A stretch of DNA of 64,000 nt from Paraspadella gotoi. Lineage: Eukaryota; Animalia; Chaetognatha. Position 1 is the first letter of the stretch. Each line of letters begins with the position of its first letter. The position numbers and the translations under genes are program-made. Shown here in pieces: positions 12,701-27,842 of the stretch. Location: positions 14,854,046 to 14,918,045 of the forward strand of contig CM119270.1 of the NCBI GenBank assembly GCA_051294375.1, read 5' to 3'. The notes under the pieces are model-generated. The model was not told the origin of the DNA. It worked only from the letters and a program-made list of their open reading frames with translations, and did no database searches.

Positions 12701-15700
12701 AATAAAAGCAAAAAAATCTTTTTCAAATCTCTTCTAACAGTGTGTGACTAGCTATCCATTAAGTCGAGTGGTCATAGTTGCTACCCACCTTTCTCTCCCG
12801 GTTCACCTCGGAGGTACTATACTTGCTCTCAATGTAGGTCTTGTTCTTGTGCAAGGAAAAAAATAAATTATTTTTTTTATTCGTATTCAATTTATCCATT
12901 CATTCATTCATCCATTCATTTTTCTCATTTTATCTCCTCTCTTTCGTACCGTCCGACGACCACGCATAGTATCATGGACGCTCGTATCCTTCTCGCCCTC
13001 TCTCACCTTCTTTATTCTTCTTCCTTCCTTTCTTCCATCTCTCATTTCTATTTCCTCCTCTCGCCTTTCTCTCCGCTGTCTCCCGAAACCCCTCGGGTTA
13101 TTTCTTCACCTTCCAACTTTTCCTTTGTTTTCCAGATCTGCTCGTGCAAGATTTTTTGCGTCTTCGTCTCTCGGCACACTTCCCGACTCTGCCGTTCTCA
13201 TCTTGGAACGCCTCGTTCCAAGAGGTGGTCTCTGAGACCTGTTGGCTTTCGTGGCGTCCCGCCTTGCACTCTTCTCACAACTTTAGTGTATACATCTTTC
13301 GCCGATCTTTCTTCCGGCGATTCTCCTGTGTATCTGCCGCAAGTCGAGGGGAGTTTAAAGGGTGAGGGCGATGGTCGAGGATGTCTCGGTGGTTCCGAAT
13401 GTCTAATATATAATGCGAGACCACAGGCTATTTAATTTATTTTAAGGGAGAAAGTTAAAAAAAGACCAGGGTGTCATCCAAAACGAATAAGCGGACTCGC
13501 AGCTGCGGAGAAGTTACTATCAGCAAGTCCGAGCCGCTGGTGGCAGACGCGAGCCCCAGCTCGTCGCAAAGGACACATCGCGGACAGAACCCGAAACAAA
13601 GGAGGCTTCCATAAAACTTATGACCGGACGCGACTCAAGAGCCATAAGGAGAAGCGGACAAGAGTTATGCGTAGACTCACGTTTGCGGGCAATAGCTCAC
13701 CATGGCGCCGATGGGACGAGCTCTGGTTAGGTGCGAGTGGATGAGATACGAGAACAATAGTTACGACTGGCGCTCGAAATTTGCCCCCTGCAAAAGGGTG
13801 AATTGACATCTCTCTTTGATATAGGTTCCTTGCCGCTCACAAAGGAGAAGTGACGGCTACTTGAAAATTCTCCCTGACTTTATTTCCTCCTCTGTGTGTG
13901 TCTCTGCCCGAATATTAATAAAATTCCTTATCGTTGTCACTTCCGGAGATTTGTCACTCACCCCTACCGCTCTACGTTATCTCATCTCAACCTTTGACTC
14001 GTCTGCTGGTCTATCCTCAGATTCTGACAAGTAAACCTCTTACAGAGAATCGAAATTATTCATCGGAAAATAAACTTCGTCGAGAAATCGAAATTCGGCC
14101 CACGCCGCCAAACGGACCACGCTACCAACAAAAAAAAAAAAAAAAACAATTTTCTCGACAGAGCGTCTTTCCGACTGACAAACGATTAGAGTAGCTAAGA
14201 CTTGGTATAACCTATAGACAGAGAAGCAAAAATTGATCCCAAAGAAAAAAACTAACCTGGCACGAGCAGTTCAGAAACGCGATACTCGTCCAGAAACGCG
14301 AATAAGAAAAGGATCAGGCACAAACAGACGACAAACATTGGCCGAAGGCTCCGTCCACGCACTCGATATACACGCATCTCGAACGCCATCGCGCGTGATA
14401 TGCTCGCAGAGTATGAACGTCACGACGAAGCGCCGCAACGTGGAGACGAAACTGGGACGGACGGCGAAACGATCGAGGTGATGAACTGCCTCAATGTACC
14501 CAAGAACCTGCGCCAGGGGTCGTCCGAAACCGCGAGAAGGACGCATGGGACTGTTTCCGCGTTACCGAGTGCATAGAGGCCGCAAAACCGATGACATACT
14601 CATCAAGTCGGCACGTAAACGCAAGGCTCGAAATATGAGGAAAAGAGAGAAAGAACTTATGGACATATATCTCTGAATACTAAAAGAAAACATCGCAAAG
14701 ATTGAAATACGATAGTTATGTCTGCGGGAGTCCCAAACTGAGATCGGAAGTGCAAAGCCAGATCTCAAAACAACCAAGAGCGAGAAAAAATCAGCACCAG
14801 AAATAAAAGAGGAGAGTGCTGGCGAGAAATTTTATGAAGCATGGAGAACGAACCAAACCCGGCGGGAAAACGAGTGAAAGTACGACGCACCAGTCGGGAA
14901 AGGCACGGAAAGCTCCGACATCTTCGCAGAGACGCCCGGAAGAAGCAAAGGATCACGAGAGCACAGGGCGCCAGCTGCACAGGCGGGCACAATGCGAAAC
15001 GAGATCCATAAGGAATAGAGAAAGAAAAACGCGACGCGGACGAAAACCCAGAACAGAATTTTTAAAAAGAAATATGAATCAACAGAATACCATCGGTGAC
15101 ACTGCAAAACGTCAGAACAAAGAATCAAAAAACGTGAGAAAACGAGATCACAAGAAATTGAAGAGGCCTTGTTTGACCACGTAGACTACGGAAAGAGGTA
15201 AGCGCTCACGGGGGTACGACACGCGCACATCAGATGGGCACAGTTTGTCTAATAAAGACGCGTAAGTGAACGCATTTTACACGGAGGACGAACGGGATCA
15301 TTAGATGACCTCGGAAAAAAATCGAACAGACCGAAAACAGCACACGAAAGTAAAAGGAGATAAAGACCCCAAAAGTGTCACTCCAAGGAGAATACGGAGC
15401 TCAGAGCAAACTGGTCAAAAGCAATGGTTTACAGAGTGAAAAGTGTCGAATTCGTAGCCCCGGAAGACCGGCAACCAAGGTAGCCTCACCTCAAACAGGC
15501 CGACGATATACAATTAAACCAAAGCCACTGAACCCGCGTAACGCACCGGAGGAGATAAAGACAGATAACAAGGACGTAAGTGGAAAAAGATTCCGATATT
15601 ACCCATGAAATCCAATCGGGAAAGAAGAAAGGAGCTTAGGAAAGAGATTTGAATGCTCCTGCGTGGCTGAGATACGAAATCAAAGCAGCCATATCAGACG

Positions 15701-18700
15701 GACAGGAAGTAGATTTAATCAACATCGGAATGAGAGAAGAGAAAACGATTCGTACAGGTCACCTAATCCGAACCTGGCCCTCCCTGCAAATATAAGCGCT
15801 GAGCGATCGAAATCCCAGCGGATAGCGCAAACCCGCTCTGTTAACAAGTAGACCGTATCAATAATGCCAAGTAAGCGACAACTCACCAGAGGATATGCTG
15901 AGGAAAAAGATTGGCAAAGCTAGTAAGAAAGATAGACATATGAAAGGAGACAATAGAACACCGAAAAGAAGGATGAACAAGAAAATGGCAGACAGGCGAT
16001 AATCCGTGAATACAGCATACCGTTTTAGGAAAAAGAGATGTTGCAATGACCCGAGGAACCGGCCCCAGTGTTGCCGGGCCGTAAGGTCGGTGGAATGACC
16101 AGAAGTTCCTCTGCCGTGGAAACCCAAAGGATTATTAATAGATACGACACATACGCAAACTCTCGCTAATTTCAGACGTAGAGACTTGTAGTTGTGGTTG
16201 ATCGACGAGTTCCAAAAACGCGATATGCGTGAGGATTTCTATAACATAATTTTTCATATGTAAACAGATACAAGGTGCTTTTCTGTAAAACCCATAGCTT
16301 TGACAGGACAGAGGAACTTTCAAAATGAAAAGAACGAAAGCAGCCCAGCTATCAAAAGGCTGGGCATGAGATAAAGCCCAAAATGACCCAAAAATCAGGA
16401 ACGAGCCCGCCGAAACGAATACCATTGAGAAGATGATGATTGAAGTAGGTTGCCCTTAGAGAAGTTTCTGGTAATAAAAACCTTAAGGTGTCGAGGTCGT
16501 ACCATAAATATTCAGGCTAAATCAATAAAGTGGATAAATAAGCTTTACCATAATGAGATGAGCTCAAGAAAAGCTTGAGAGATGCCGCTTAGCGATGATT
16601 TTACATGTGGCTTAGACGAAACTATTATTATTATTTCAAATAAAATTCCGGATTTTCTTTTTTTTTCTTCTTTTATGGGTAAAACGTGAAATCGGAAAAC
16701 TCTGTAAAATGGAAAAGAAGAGAGGTCGAGGGAAGACCAAAAGGTGTCTAATCTATTGCGGCATCGACCCAAAAGATCATCCTTTTGCTTCGCCGCAACT
16801 ATGATCTTCTATTAAATTAAGGTCCGCGAACATTCAGTCACGTAATTATTCCGTTCTTTCCGAAAAGTGTATTTCTTACTCACTCTTCCTCTAAACTGGT
16901 CTGCTGCGGCAAGCATCACGATACTCGAATCGAGAAAGAGACAAACCAAAGATCTCAGCTTGAAATAAACTGTATTTAAGGCATCTGCATGCGTTCTCAT
17001 ACATACATCCTCTAAGTCAAATGATTTGCTCCAATGGTTTAATACTTTATGTTCTAATCCTCTTCCTCTAACCCATCCATCTTTCCTTCGTCAGTAACCT
17101 CAACGTGTCCCTTCCCGAATGTTTCGCTCACCTCGCGATCCAAGCAACCCATCCCGCCACCACAGAGGAAGAGATGACTGATACTCCGCTCTCTCTGCCC
17201 AACTGCCGCCTACGAACCTACGAATCCTATATCCCAGAACGAACGCGAGTCGAAATCCCATTCGCTCAGTGAGTGAAAGATGCTTCAGGCTCGAAAGTGA
17301 GGGCACAAGCCCACCACCTCTTGGAGCGGATAACACGCCCGCGAGCTCGCTCATTTCTACAGGCGAGGGACACCGCCCGCCACCGGGACCCGACACCAAG
17401 CCCCGAAAGCTAAGCCCGTTTAACAGGGGCAGACATGATAATATAAAAAACCAAACAACAAATCGAACATAAGATAACTGTCATCAGATCCATCCCGTCA
17501 GCCAGCTCCCATTTCGCTCTCGCGTTCAGCCCGGCCCAAGCTGGCGTGGTACCGACACCAAGGCCACACAAACGTCCGACTCCTAACAAAACATGGTGAG
17601 GAGATGAAAGAGTGATAATCTGGCTTGGGTGGCTATAGGTGTCCATTAAAAATGAATAGGCTCTTAGACCGCAGTGCCCAGAATCTACGCCGGTCCTAAG
17701 GAAATGGCGGTGCATAGAGTCCGCTGGAATCACGTGAACGTGTATGACTTGCAGCATACGATAGAGAAGATATATGTTATGAAGAATTTTGGAAGGATTT
17801 CTCCAAGGACAAAATCTGTTCTTCCTGGGCACCTATAAATTATTCTTTACACCTTCGGAGAAAAAAGTTGGTTGGTGGTGGGTGGATATATATAACCAAA
17901 AGAGGAAGTATGGTAAAATATTATAAAATAAATCTGTTACTTAGGATCTGCAATAGAGACAACACTTAAGTGGTACTTGACGATACGAAGATGTGGGAAC
18001 GATAATTAACACTGTCCAGTATGCTACGCGGTGATGAGACGACAGATGAGGTGGACTGACACTGTAGAGTGAATGGAAAACTGATTCAACTCATTACTAC
18101 AAGCAATCATATACTTGTATATAATAACTTCTATGTACAACTTTCATTGGGACAAAAATCCTAAAACAATATTGCTAGTTATGAAGCTATATGAACAGAG
18201 AGAAGCACAATGAAAAAAATTGTGCAAATAAGAGTCTTCTCAGCTCAAAAATATATTCTAGCTGCTTAGAAGTCATTCGAGCGAAGGATTCCAGCAAGAT
18301 CCCAAGATAAAAGGTGTCATTCATAATGAGTCGTGGTCTTTGAATGAGAAACTTATCTCTTGGTTATGTAACGTATAAAGAATTGGATTATGATCGTTCT
18401 CGTTTCTCTTTATTAATAATACATCAATACCTTAGACCCTCAACGTATTCGCTTCGCTATTCTCGCAGTGTGCACCTTTCGGTACCTATTTCCTGTTCCT
18501 ATTTACATTTTTCCATTAAAGGCGATTCGTGTTTCCATATTACGACTTGTTTACTTCCACGCGGACGGCGACGTGACTCTGAATTAATGTTGTGCTCTAG
18601 TGGTCAATTATTATACTTGTCAATCTTGCATATGACAGGTGAGATTTCCTGTAACACTCTGACGAGACCGTTACGCAATCGGTCTCGATTAGCCATATCC

Positions 18701-21700
18701 TCATCCTATGGCGAGCATTATCCTTTATTGTTTATTCATCCTGATTTCCAGAGAGATTAACCATTATCCTGGTCCGCGAAGGATCAAGAGAAACACTGGT
18801 GGACCAGAGTTCACGTTTACCGAAACTACAAGGATAATGAGAGGCGAGAGGGTAGCGCGGCGAGAGGAATGAAGAATAAGATGGGGGTGCAGAGGAAGAG
18901 AAGAAGAGAAACCGGGACAGAGAATTTAACTGAAGGAAGAGAAAAGAAATAGGCTGTTCGGAAGCTCACACGTGATACAAACAGCTTTAGAACTCTCGAG
19001 ACGCCGATCGCCTATTAACTCTTGAAATATATCGCGCAAATGAGGAAACTAGCTGAGCTCAGTGTGTTATGAGTCTACATAGCGAGTCTCGCAATAGGTG
19101 AGTGGTGGAATTAATTGACGACTGAAAGGTTAGTCCTCTAGAGGTGTGATTTTAACGTATATGAGTAGTAATTAAAGAACGTTATTAGTCATCAAATTAA
19201 CAGTATAAGTATAAGGTGCTTGTATAATGAAAATCTGACTATGAATAACATATGAAATAAATAATAGAAGTTTCCGAACATCTAAAGATCTGTGTATGTA
19301 AGATGCGTAGACATGTCGTGGTTATAAGAATGAAATAGAGTCGCGATGATAAGAGTGATGTTGGGTGTGTGGTAGTGTTAGAGTGAGATAGATCCGGCTG
19401 TGTTGTGAGTGTTTGAGAGAGAGAGAGAGTATGGCAGGTGATGCAGAGAAGAAGAACATCGGCGAGAGAGGAATATTGAGAGTAGAAGACGGCTTGGACT
19501 ATGAAGAGAAAATCAGGTCGGGAAAGGAAATAAGAGATGGGAGCAGACAGATGGTAGGAAAGGTGTAGTAGAGAGAGAAAAAATAGCGAAGTGCTACAAT
19601 GGTAGTCGATGAACTTGAGAAATATTTGATCAGAGTAAACGGAATAATTATTATACTACTTTCTTTAACAGTCATCTCATACAGACAGAACTACTTCGGT
19701 ATGCGAAGCTAATTAATCTTCAAAGAAGTGGTAGTGTTAATAAATCACAATCGGAGTTACAATTGAGATCATCTATGGCATAAAGACTGGATAATTATCC
19801 TGACTTTGGTTGTATATCGAAAGTTGTGCACTATTCTGACTGCATCTTTATCTAATTGCTCTATCTCAATCCTTTTTTCTCTCTCTCTCTCTCTCTCTTG
19901 CTCTCTATCAATTCATGCTCCTTTCTTCGCTCTCTCTCTCTCTCTCTCTCCCTCTCTCTCTTGAGCGCATAGTCACTACCGGCAAAGCCCCCGGTTCGCG
20001 GTCTACTTTCTTGGAATAACGCTCTTTGCCTAAAGACTTACTTTAGCGTGAAGGCGCAAAAACCGCTTTTGTGGTGAGTTATGTGAGTTCGAGCCGGATT
20101 TGGTCGGCGGGAGGCGAGGCGCCCCCCTCCGCCCCCCTCTTGTCTAAACCCGTTTCCTTCTATTGCTTCACGTTTTTCCATTCACAAACTCTTAATTATC
20201 TTCTTTTTCTTCGAGGATGAGTTAAAGAAACTGTTTCACTCCGACTACAGCTTAAGGTAAAAACACTTTTCTTAACTTAACTACTCTTCTTACTTCTCAA
20301 AGTAAGTCCAATCCTTGTCAAGGTGACACGACACATGACGTCACCGTGCTGTCGCTTTTCCTCACCCGATGCCTCACTCAATTTCCGTTTTCCAGTCGCC
20401 CATATCCGCTTCCCTTCTCCGCCGCCAGGGGCGACGCCAACTTTCAGCTTTCTCTTCATGGCCCCAATAAAGTTGGGACCACCCCTCATCTTGTTAACTC
20501 ATCCTGTGTGGAGAGAGAGAGAGNNNNNNNNNNNNNNNNNNNNNNNNNACGCGTGAAATGATGTACCTATCGCAAGAAAGTGATGACAGAGTAGAAGAGA
20601 AAATGGATTGAGCAGTCCTGAAAAATGGGACAAAAGTGGTTTACTGAGGAAAGGGATGACATCAAAATAACTCGGTTCAGCATTTCCCAGGACAAGCTTT
20701 AAGCCACAGAAAGAGAAACTAGAGCAGCAGAGTAAACTCAAGGAGGTAAAAACAGGAAGACTTGAGAGCACTGCTCGCCTCACTGAAGATTACTACAATG
20801 CTTCACGCATCGTTTCATACCTGGCAAACCCTCCACGCCCTACCGCTGGATCGACAAAGCGAAGACTTCAAATTTTGAAGGAGAAAACACCGGAAAAGGC
20901 GCTCGAAACGCTGGTTAACATTGAAATAAAAAAACACGCGAGGCTTTAAACTTCTGAAACGACGCAAAAAATAAAAGGACGGCGAATATCGCATCTGAAC
21001 GCGGACGCCCAGCACGAGCGCCATGGGGAGTTAATACAGCAACAGCAAATTGGTGATAGAAATATCCCCTATGTTTCCACTCAAAATCATGCCCAGACTC
21101 GATTACCAAGATAAAGGCACATAAAGTCTTGGAACCTGGCTTGAACATGATGGTGAGAAAATTTAAAGTGTTATATTTGCGGAAGACGAGTAAAACTTCG
21201 TCACAGAACTCGCAATATTTCAAAGGGTAATGGAACTCCAACACGCATCGCCAACAGCTGCTCCCACCAATTGTCCTTAGATGATAACAGAGATAAGGCA
21301 AGAGTGCCACCCAAACGAGATGTTATTAGTCAAAGTGAGGACAACCCAGCGATTTTCTGACGAGATCACGGATCAAGGGCAAATTACTCCACTCCACACC
21401 TTCATGCCAGCCGGTTCGAACCGTAGAAGGGAATTACGAGTCAGGTTTCTGCGAAAGAACCAATCAGCGGAGGAAACTTTGGCCGCGACACTTGAACTCA
21501 AGTCGGCGAGCACCAACGCTTGAAGTTATCGAGCAAATGCACTAGAAATGGAAGAAGAAGCTTCAGAAACAAACTTCTTAATTACGTAAGAAAACAGCGA
21601 AAAGAGGAAAGAAACAAAGACGGTTAATACGGCTCACCAAAAACAAAAGACGCCGACACTTTTGTTCCGATGCATCTCAGCAAAAGACTGGTCATTGGGT

Positions 21701-24700
21701 CACCCGGAATTAAGAATGCTCGCGGAGATGACTGGCCTCTGTGTAAAATCATAGACAAGACGTCACAACTCCAACATGGATGCAAATATGAAAAAACCTA
21801 CGGAGAAAGAAACCAAAGGAGAGATCAAGGTTTTCAGAACCAACAACTGGACAAGCGTCGCTAATCGCAACCCCCACACCTGCATTAATGAGAGTGTCGC
21901 AGCCGCCACTGAAAAAGAAAAGAAAAATATTCAAGGTGATAAACAAAAGACCACTATTGATAGCAATGAGTGGAAAAATGGCTTGGGACCCGGAATCAGA
22001 CAGAACCATGGGCGGACCGCCTACGCCCATTGCCCAGACGCATAAGTATGAGAGATCTCCCAACTGGCACTGTGTAATACACAGTTCTTCACGGGAAAAC
22101 CAAAGACAGCAAGACAAGCGGGACCGCCTCATCAAGCATAGAGGAGGCGTAAAGAGGAGCTGAACCTCCACAAAGCACTGCCACAACCCAACAGAACAAG
22201 TAAACATCGGCCCGACCAACACCAGCCCAACGCCATTCCATCTCCCTCGATTACCACAGCGACGTCGCCGCTCACAGAGGAGGAGGCAGGCCGCCAGGCA
22301 TCGCCAAACGAACAAATGATACGACACCCGTACCGCCCAACCACGAGAGCAAGAGACGAGAGCCTGGTTCTGAAAACGAACAGGCACCAACGCGCAAAAT
22401 GAACGACGACGAAGCGCATGGCAAGCCGACGAAGCCTGAAACTTTTGAAATAACGACAAAACTAGCAACTGAAGCCTCAATTGAAGTGGAGCAGCCAACG
22501 TGGCGGAAGAGTGCTTACAACCGAAGCGATAACGAGCGGCTCCTCCCACTCAAGGAGGACGTAAAGAGATGGCAAATGGAAGACAAGGACGTAAAAGATG
22601 CCAAAACCATTTCAAAAATCATGGTTTACTGGATTTAAAATTACACCTAGCGTCCACTCCAGAGAAAGGCACTAAGTCCAACACAGGCTTTCTACAAAGA
22701 AATGCAGAAGACATTCACAAATCCGGACGATTTATGTACTCTGCATAATAGGTTTCAAAAATGACACAGCACAACAAGATACATAGTACCCAGAAAAAAC
22801 CTAGAAAACATTATAAAAAAGAATTCCACGAAAAGCTGGGCCATCCAGGAAGAGGACAGGACGCCTACTAACTTCACAGTTAATGGCCGGCTCCAATATG
22901 GTACGCGCCTGTGCAATGTCCGTTTCTCACTTGCCGAACCTGTAGGAGAACAACCGGACGAAGTCCATTCTAAATGAAACGATCAAACACCCACGATCGC
23001 TCTCATCCATGGGAATCATTGTGACGATGTTATGCACCTCCCGCGAGGGCGAAGGGATCAGTCACGTGATCAAGTTGCATCCGATCAATGCAATCCGCTT
23101 AACCATGGCGCATTACCAATTCGCCGCGCCGACGCCTCGCACATAATAGCAGCCCTGGACAAAATATTTTCCAGCTGCCATGTAAGTTACTCGAAATAAA
23201 TTTCGACGGGAGGCAGACGTCGCTTAAACGGCGGAGGAAATGAAAAGGCATCCAGTCGACACTACTCATCGGCGGGATGACGAACCCTCGTCTCCAGAAA
23301 AAAACAGCAACAGAGCCGAAGAGCATTGGCCGAGTCAGACAGGGCACTTAGGAAAGCCTCGACGACAACCCAAACGCCTGGATGAAGGACTTTACCACAT
23401 GTATGCTAACTTCAACGGCCACCAGCGAGCCATCACGCGGATGGTGAAACACGGACATAGAGTCCGCGCACGAAATCCAATTCGGAAATAAACCAGGGCT
23501 TAGTAGAAGCCCCGGATGAGCATTCATACGAATATTCTGGCGGATTATGCAAAACAAAGAGATCGACGGACAAGAGGAACCCGACACCGAATCGCAGAAC
23601 AACGAATAAATTAAACAGAACCTTCAAAACGAGTAAACCGATCAGGGATCCAAAAAGACTAAAAGTAGGAGAAGAGTGTACTGTACGACGGCGAATTTTA
23701 GTACGAACCGGAACAGCCGAGGCCGGAAACAAGGCAAAAACGCATATATATACGGGCCCTCGACACTATACTCGAGGTAAAAGGAAATCATTCATCATCC
23801 AAATCGCTGCGTCAACGCATCCTATCACAGAAGAAGATTGAAGGCCGTAGGGGCGACTCACAAACGTTTCACCTCAACTGCTAGCCAAACGGAAGGCAGG
23901 AAAAAAAGAGGAGAAGAAAATCTCTGTAAAATACAGTAGCTCGGTGAGGAAAGGAAGCCAAGCGTGGACACCGGAAAGGACGCCATCGAAGAGAAAGAAA
24001 AGATGAAATTAAACTTTTCACATTTTATGGCATCGAAGCTCATTAAATACCATTGACTAAAAAAAAAATATCGAGTGGCCAATTAACTAATTACCTCATT
24101 AAACCGCGTATTGCTACTACTATTGCGACGAAGCACTATTCTTCCGAGCCGTGGGCGCGGTCGTCGTCTTCATCGTCCTCATCGTCGTCATCGTCCTCCT
24201 TGTCGTCGTTGTCGTCGTCGTCCTCATTCCTGTTTGATAGCGCCTTAGTCGGTGATGGTCCGACCTTGGTTCCTCTTCGGAAGGACGTAATGGTAAACCA
24301 GATTCCGCCCAATTCTCTCTCTCTCTCTCTCTCTCTCTCTNNNNNNNNNNNNNNNNNNNNNNNNNNNNNNNNNNNNNNNNNNNNNNNNNNNNNNNNNNNN
24401 NNNNNNNNNNNNNNNNNNNNNNNNNNNNNNNNNNNNNNNNNNNNNNNNNNNNNNNNNNNNNNNNNNNNNNNNNNNNNNNNNNNNNNNNNNNNNNNNNNNN
24501 NNNNNNNNNNNNNNNNNNTCTCTCTTAATGCTGTCAAAACCTCCACCTCTCACGTAATGGCCTCTCAAAAACGACGACGAAATTACAAAAGTGTTTCCCT
24601 TTTGTTTTTCTCTTGTTTTTGTTTTTGTCGAGTTTTCGGATTTTCATTGCTCGAATTCGCAAATCGTCGAAATTGGTTTTCAGTTTAAAACTGTTGCCAT

Positions 24701-25648
24701 CTCGAAATCGTTTTGCGATTGAATTTGCTACAAGATTGGCTTAGCTACTGGATTGGCCTTGCTACGATTTTAGACGGGCTATACTAGACTTGATAAAGTG
24801 ATATTATAGATTTATAGATAACCTGAAAAAAATTATTTTGATACCTGACCTTTATTGCATCGGTTTTATATTGTATTAAAATAGTAATAATGAATAAACA
24901 ACGTTAAGCTTTCAATTTCCATTTCATAAATTGTCCCCAATGTTTCCATTGATTTTTTTATTGCCAATCCTTTTTTTTTTCTCCTTTTTTTGTGAGTTTC
25001 GTGATTTATTTCTTTCAATTTTTCTGTCCCCCACATCGAATTGTCGTCGTTGTTGTCGTCGTTGTCGTCGTTGTCACCGTCGCCATTTTCGATTGTACTT
25101 TTTTTAGTGGGAGGGGAGTTTTTTCTTTTTTCTTTTTCGCTGGGAACCATTATGGATTCCGGACTTTGGTCGTCAGACTCGTCATTAATGTGATGTTTTT
25201 GTTTTCATTGTTGTTGTCTTTGTATCGAGTCTCATTGTCTTTATGTTGTTATTGTCATCATCATTGCTTTCGCCCGCGCTGCCCGAACCACCCTGGACAA
25301 AACTTCGATGATCGCTATTTATTTGTTTATTAAAAATGACGTCATTGAAAGAATCATAATCGGACGTTACAAGGGAATTCTCTAATTGTAATTCTTCAAC
25401 AACACGGACTCAACAGAGAAAATCAATCATGGATCTTAAAACGATTAAAAGTATGCCAAAATATGCCCTACGATACTACGATATACTATAAAATATGCTA
25501 AAACATTGCCAATGCCGGGGAAATCGAGAAATGGCGATCGAGAACCAAAAGTGATTTTTCCTTTTTTTTTCCAGATTCAAATCGTCGCCCTTTCTGTCTG
25601 CGTCTCGATGTCTGCAACTGTGGCCCTCGTTTGTCTCTTCTTCCCAAA

Positions 25649-25683
<35 letters not shown>

Positions 25684-27711
25684 GTTGATTCTTCGTTTCA
25701 GTAATAAAATTCTTTCTTTTCTTTATAAAGACAGAAAAAATAAATCACCTTTTTTCACGAAATTCCTTCCATAGAAATAAAAAAAAAAAAACACTTTCTT
25801 TGATTAAATTTTTCTCCTTTTTTTTTCATTCATGGAAATAAAAAAAAATGGAAACTCGGTGGGTTTTAGTTTTGATCTCCTTAGAAAATAAGAAAAAACG
25901 GATTTTGATGTTAAAAACGGAATAAATCGTTTTTTGTGGGGTAAATATGCGACNNNNNNNNNNNNNNNNNNNNNNNNNNNNNNNNNNNNNNNNNNNNNNN
26001 NNNNNNNNNNNNNNNNNNNNNNNNNNNNNNNNNNNNNNNNNNNNNNNNNNNNNNNNNNNNNNNNNNNNNNNNNNNNNNNNNNNNNNNNNNNNNNNNNNNN
26101 NNNNNNNNNNNNNNNNNNNNNNNNNNNNNNNNNNNNNNNNNGAGAGAGAGAGAGAGAGTGAGTTGGAGATGGTAGCCCGAAGGAGTTTTAGGAGGATATG
26201 GATTGTAGAAGGGGTTGTAGGTTCAAGGAAGGCTGTTGTCGTTGTCGTTGTCCCTCGTTGTTAAGAGTGACCTGATGTAAAGAATTCTGGACAGAGATGC
26301 AAAGATTACTGCCCAAATTTGTCAGCGGCCAATTAGAAAGCATTTTTCTTATTAGAATTGGTGAAGGTGATGATTTTTTGAAGTAATAAAACGTCAGAGG
26401 GCAAAAATAATAACCACTAATGGGAAAGAGAAAAGAAAGAACCCAAAAAGTGTTGCTTCCCATTTGAGAAAGTAATCTTAAAGCCGAAGGTCGGGCAGAG
26501 GTATTAAAAAACTATTTAAAATAGGTAAACGCTTCAAAACTTTATAATTCAATCGTTAATTTATTTTTTTTTAATATTTGACAACAAAATCACTAAAATA
26601 ATCGTTTCCTCGGAAGCGATTGTTCCCGCGAATCCTTACTATTAATTATTTTTTTAATCCCACTTTTCCCAGTTTTTTTTNNNNNNNNNNNNNNNNNNNN
26701 NNNNNNNNNNNNNNNNNNNNNNNNNNNNNNNNNNNNNNNNNNNNNNNNNNNNNNNNNNNNNNNNNNNNNNNNNNNNNNNNNNNNNNNNNNNNNNNNNNNN
26801 NNNNNNNNNNNNNNNNNNNNNNNNNNNNNNNNNNNNNNNNNNNNNNNNNNNNNNNNNNNNNNNNNNNNNNNNNNNNNNNNNNNNNNNNNNNNNNNNNNNN
26901 NNNNNNNNNNNNNNNNNNNNNNNNNNNNNNNNNNNNNNNNNNNNNNNNNNNNNNNNNNNNNNNNNNNNNNNNNNNNNNNNNNNNNNNNNNNNNNNNNNNN
27001 NNNNNNNNNNNNNNNNNNNNNNNNNNNNNNNNNNNNNNNNNNNNNNNNNNNNNNNNNNNNNNNNNNNNNNNNNNNNTTCAATTTTTCTTTGTTTATCATC
27101 ATTTCTTCTCCATTTTCCTAGCCCAGCATCGCAGTCTCCACAAGTAGAAGCTCGCACACGACACAGTCTTTCTCCTTTCCAAGAAAATAATCTTGAAAAA
27201 AAAAAAGAGCGATGCGACGGAGAGGGCCAGAAAAAGCGTTTTTCTTTGTTTTTAATCCATTTCCTTCTCCATTTTCTACCCAAGCCAGTCGCCAGTCTCC
27301 ACACAGTAGAGCTCGCACACACACAGTCTTTCTCGCTTTCAAAGAAAATAAATCTTGAAAAAAAAAAGAGCGATGGCGACGGAGAGGGACCAGAAAAAGG
27401 CGGGAGAGCGGGTGGTTGAGTGGTTGAGTGGTTGAGTGGGTGATTTGTGGCGGAATTGGGGTTGGACGCAGGAGGCCAGCATCGAAGGCGTCGGAAGCGC
27501 AGCCCTCGCCAACAGCATCGCGCTCTCTCGCCTGACGAAACGGGGAAAAGGGGGGGAAGGGGGAAAGGGTCATAGGAGGGTGAGTTGAAGGTATGCGTCG
27601 CCTACGGTTGGGACGCAGGGTGAAGTCAATGTGGGAAACATTAATCGCCGCGAAGGATCAATCGCCGGGACGCGTCGAAGGAGGGATCAGAGGATTTATT
27701 TTCAAGGAAAA

Positions 27712-27754
<43 letters not shown>

Positions 27755-27796
27755 TGAGAGAGAGAGAGAGATGAGGAGATGAGAGAGTAGAGAGTG

Positions 27797-27842
<46 letters not shown>

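Noticed and set aside
24241-24292. Possible receptor micro-exon ([17 protein letters not shown])
   Set aside because: AG/GT bounded, but it does not resemble the missing TM6 region.
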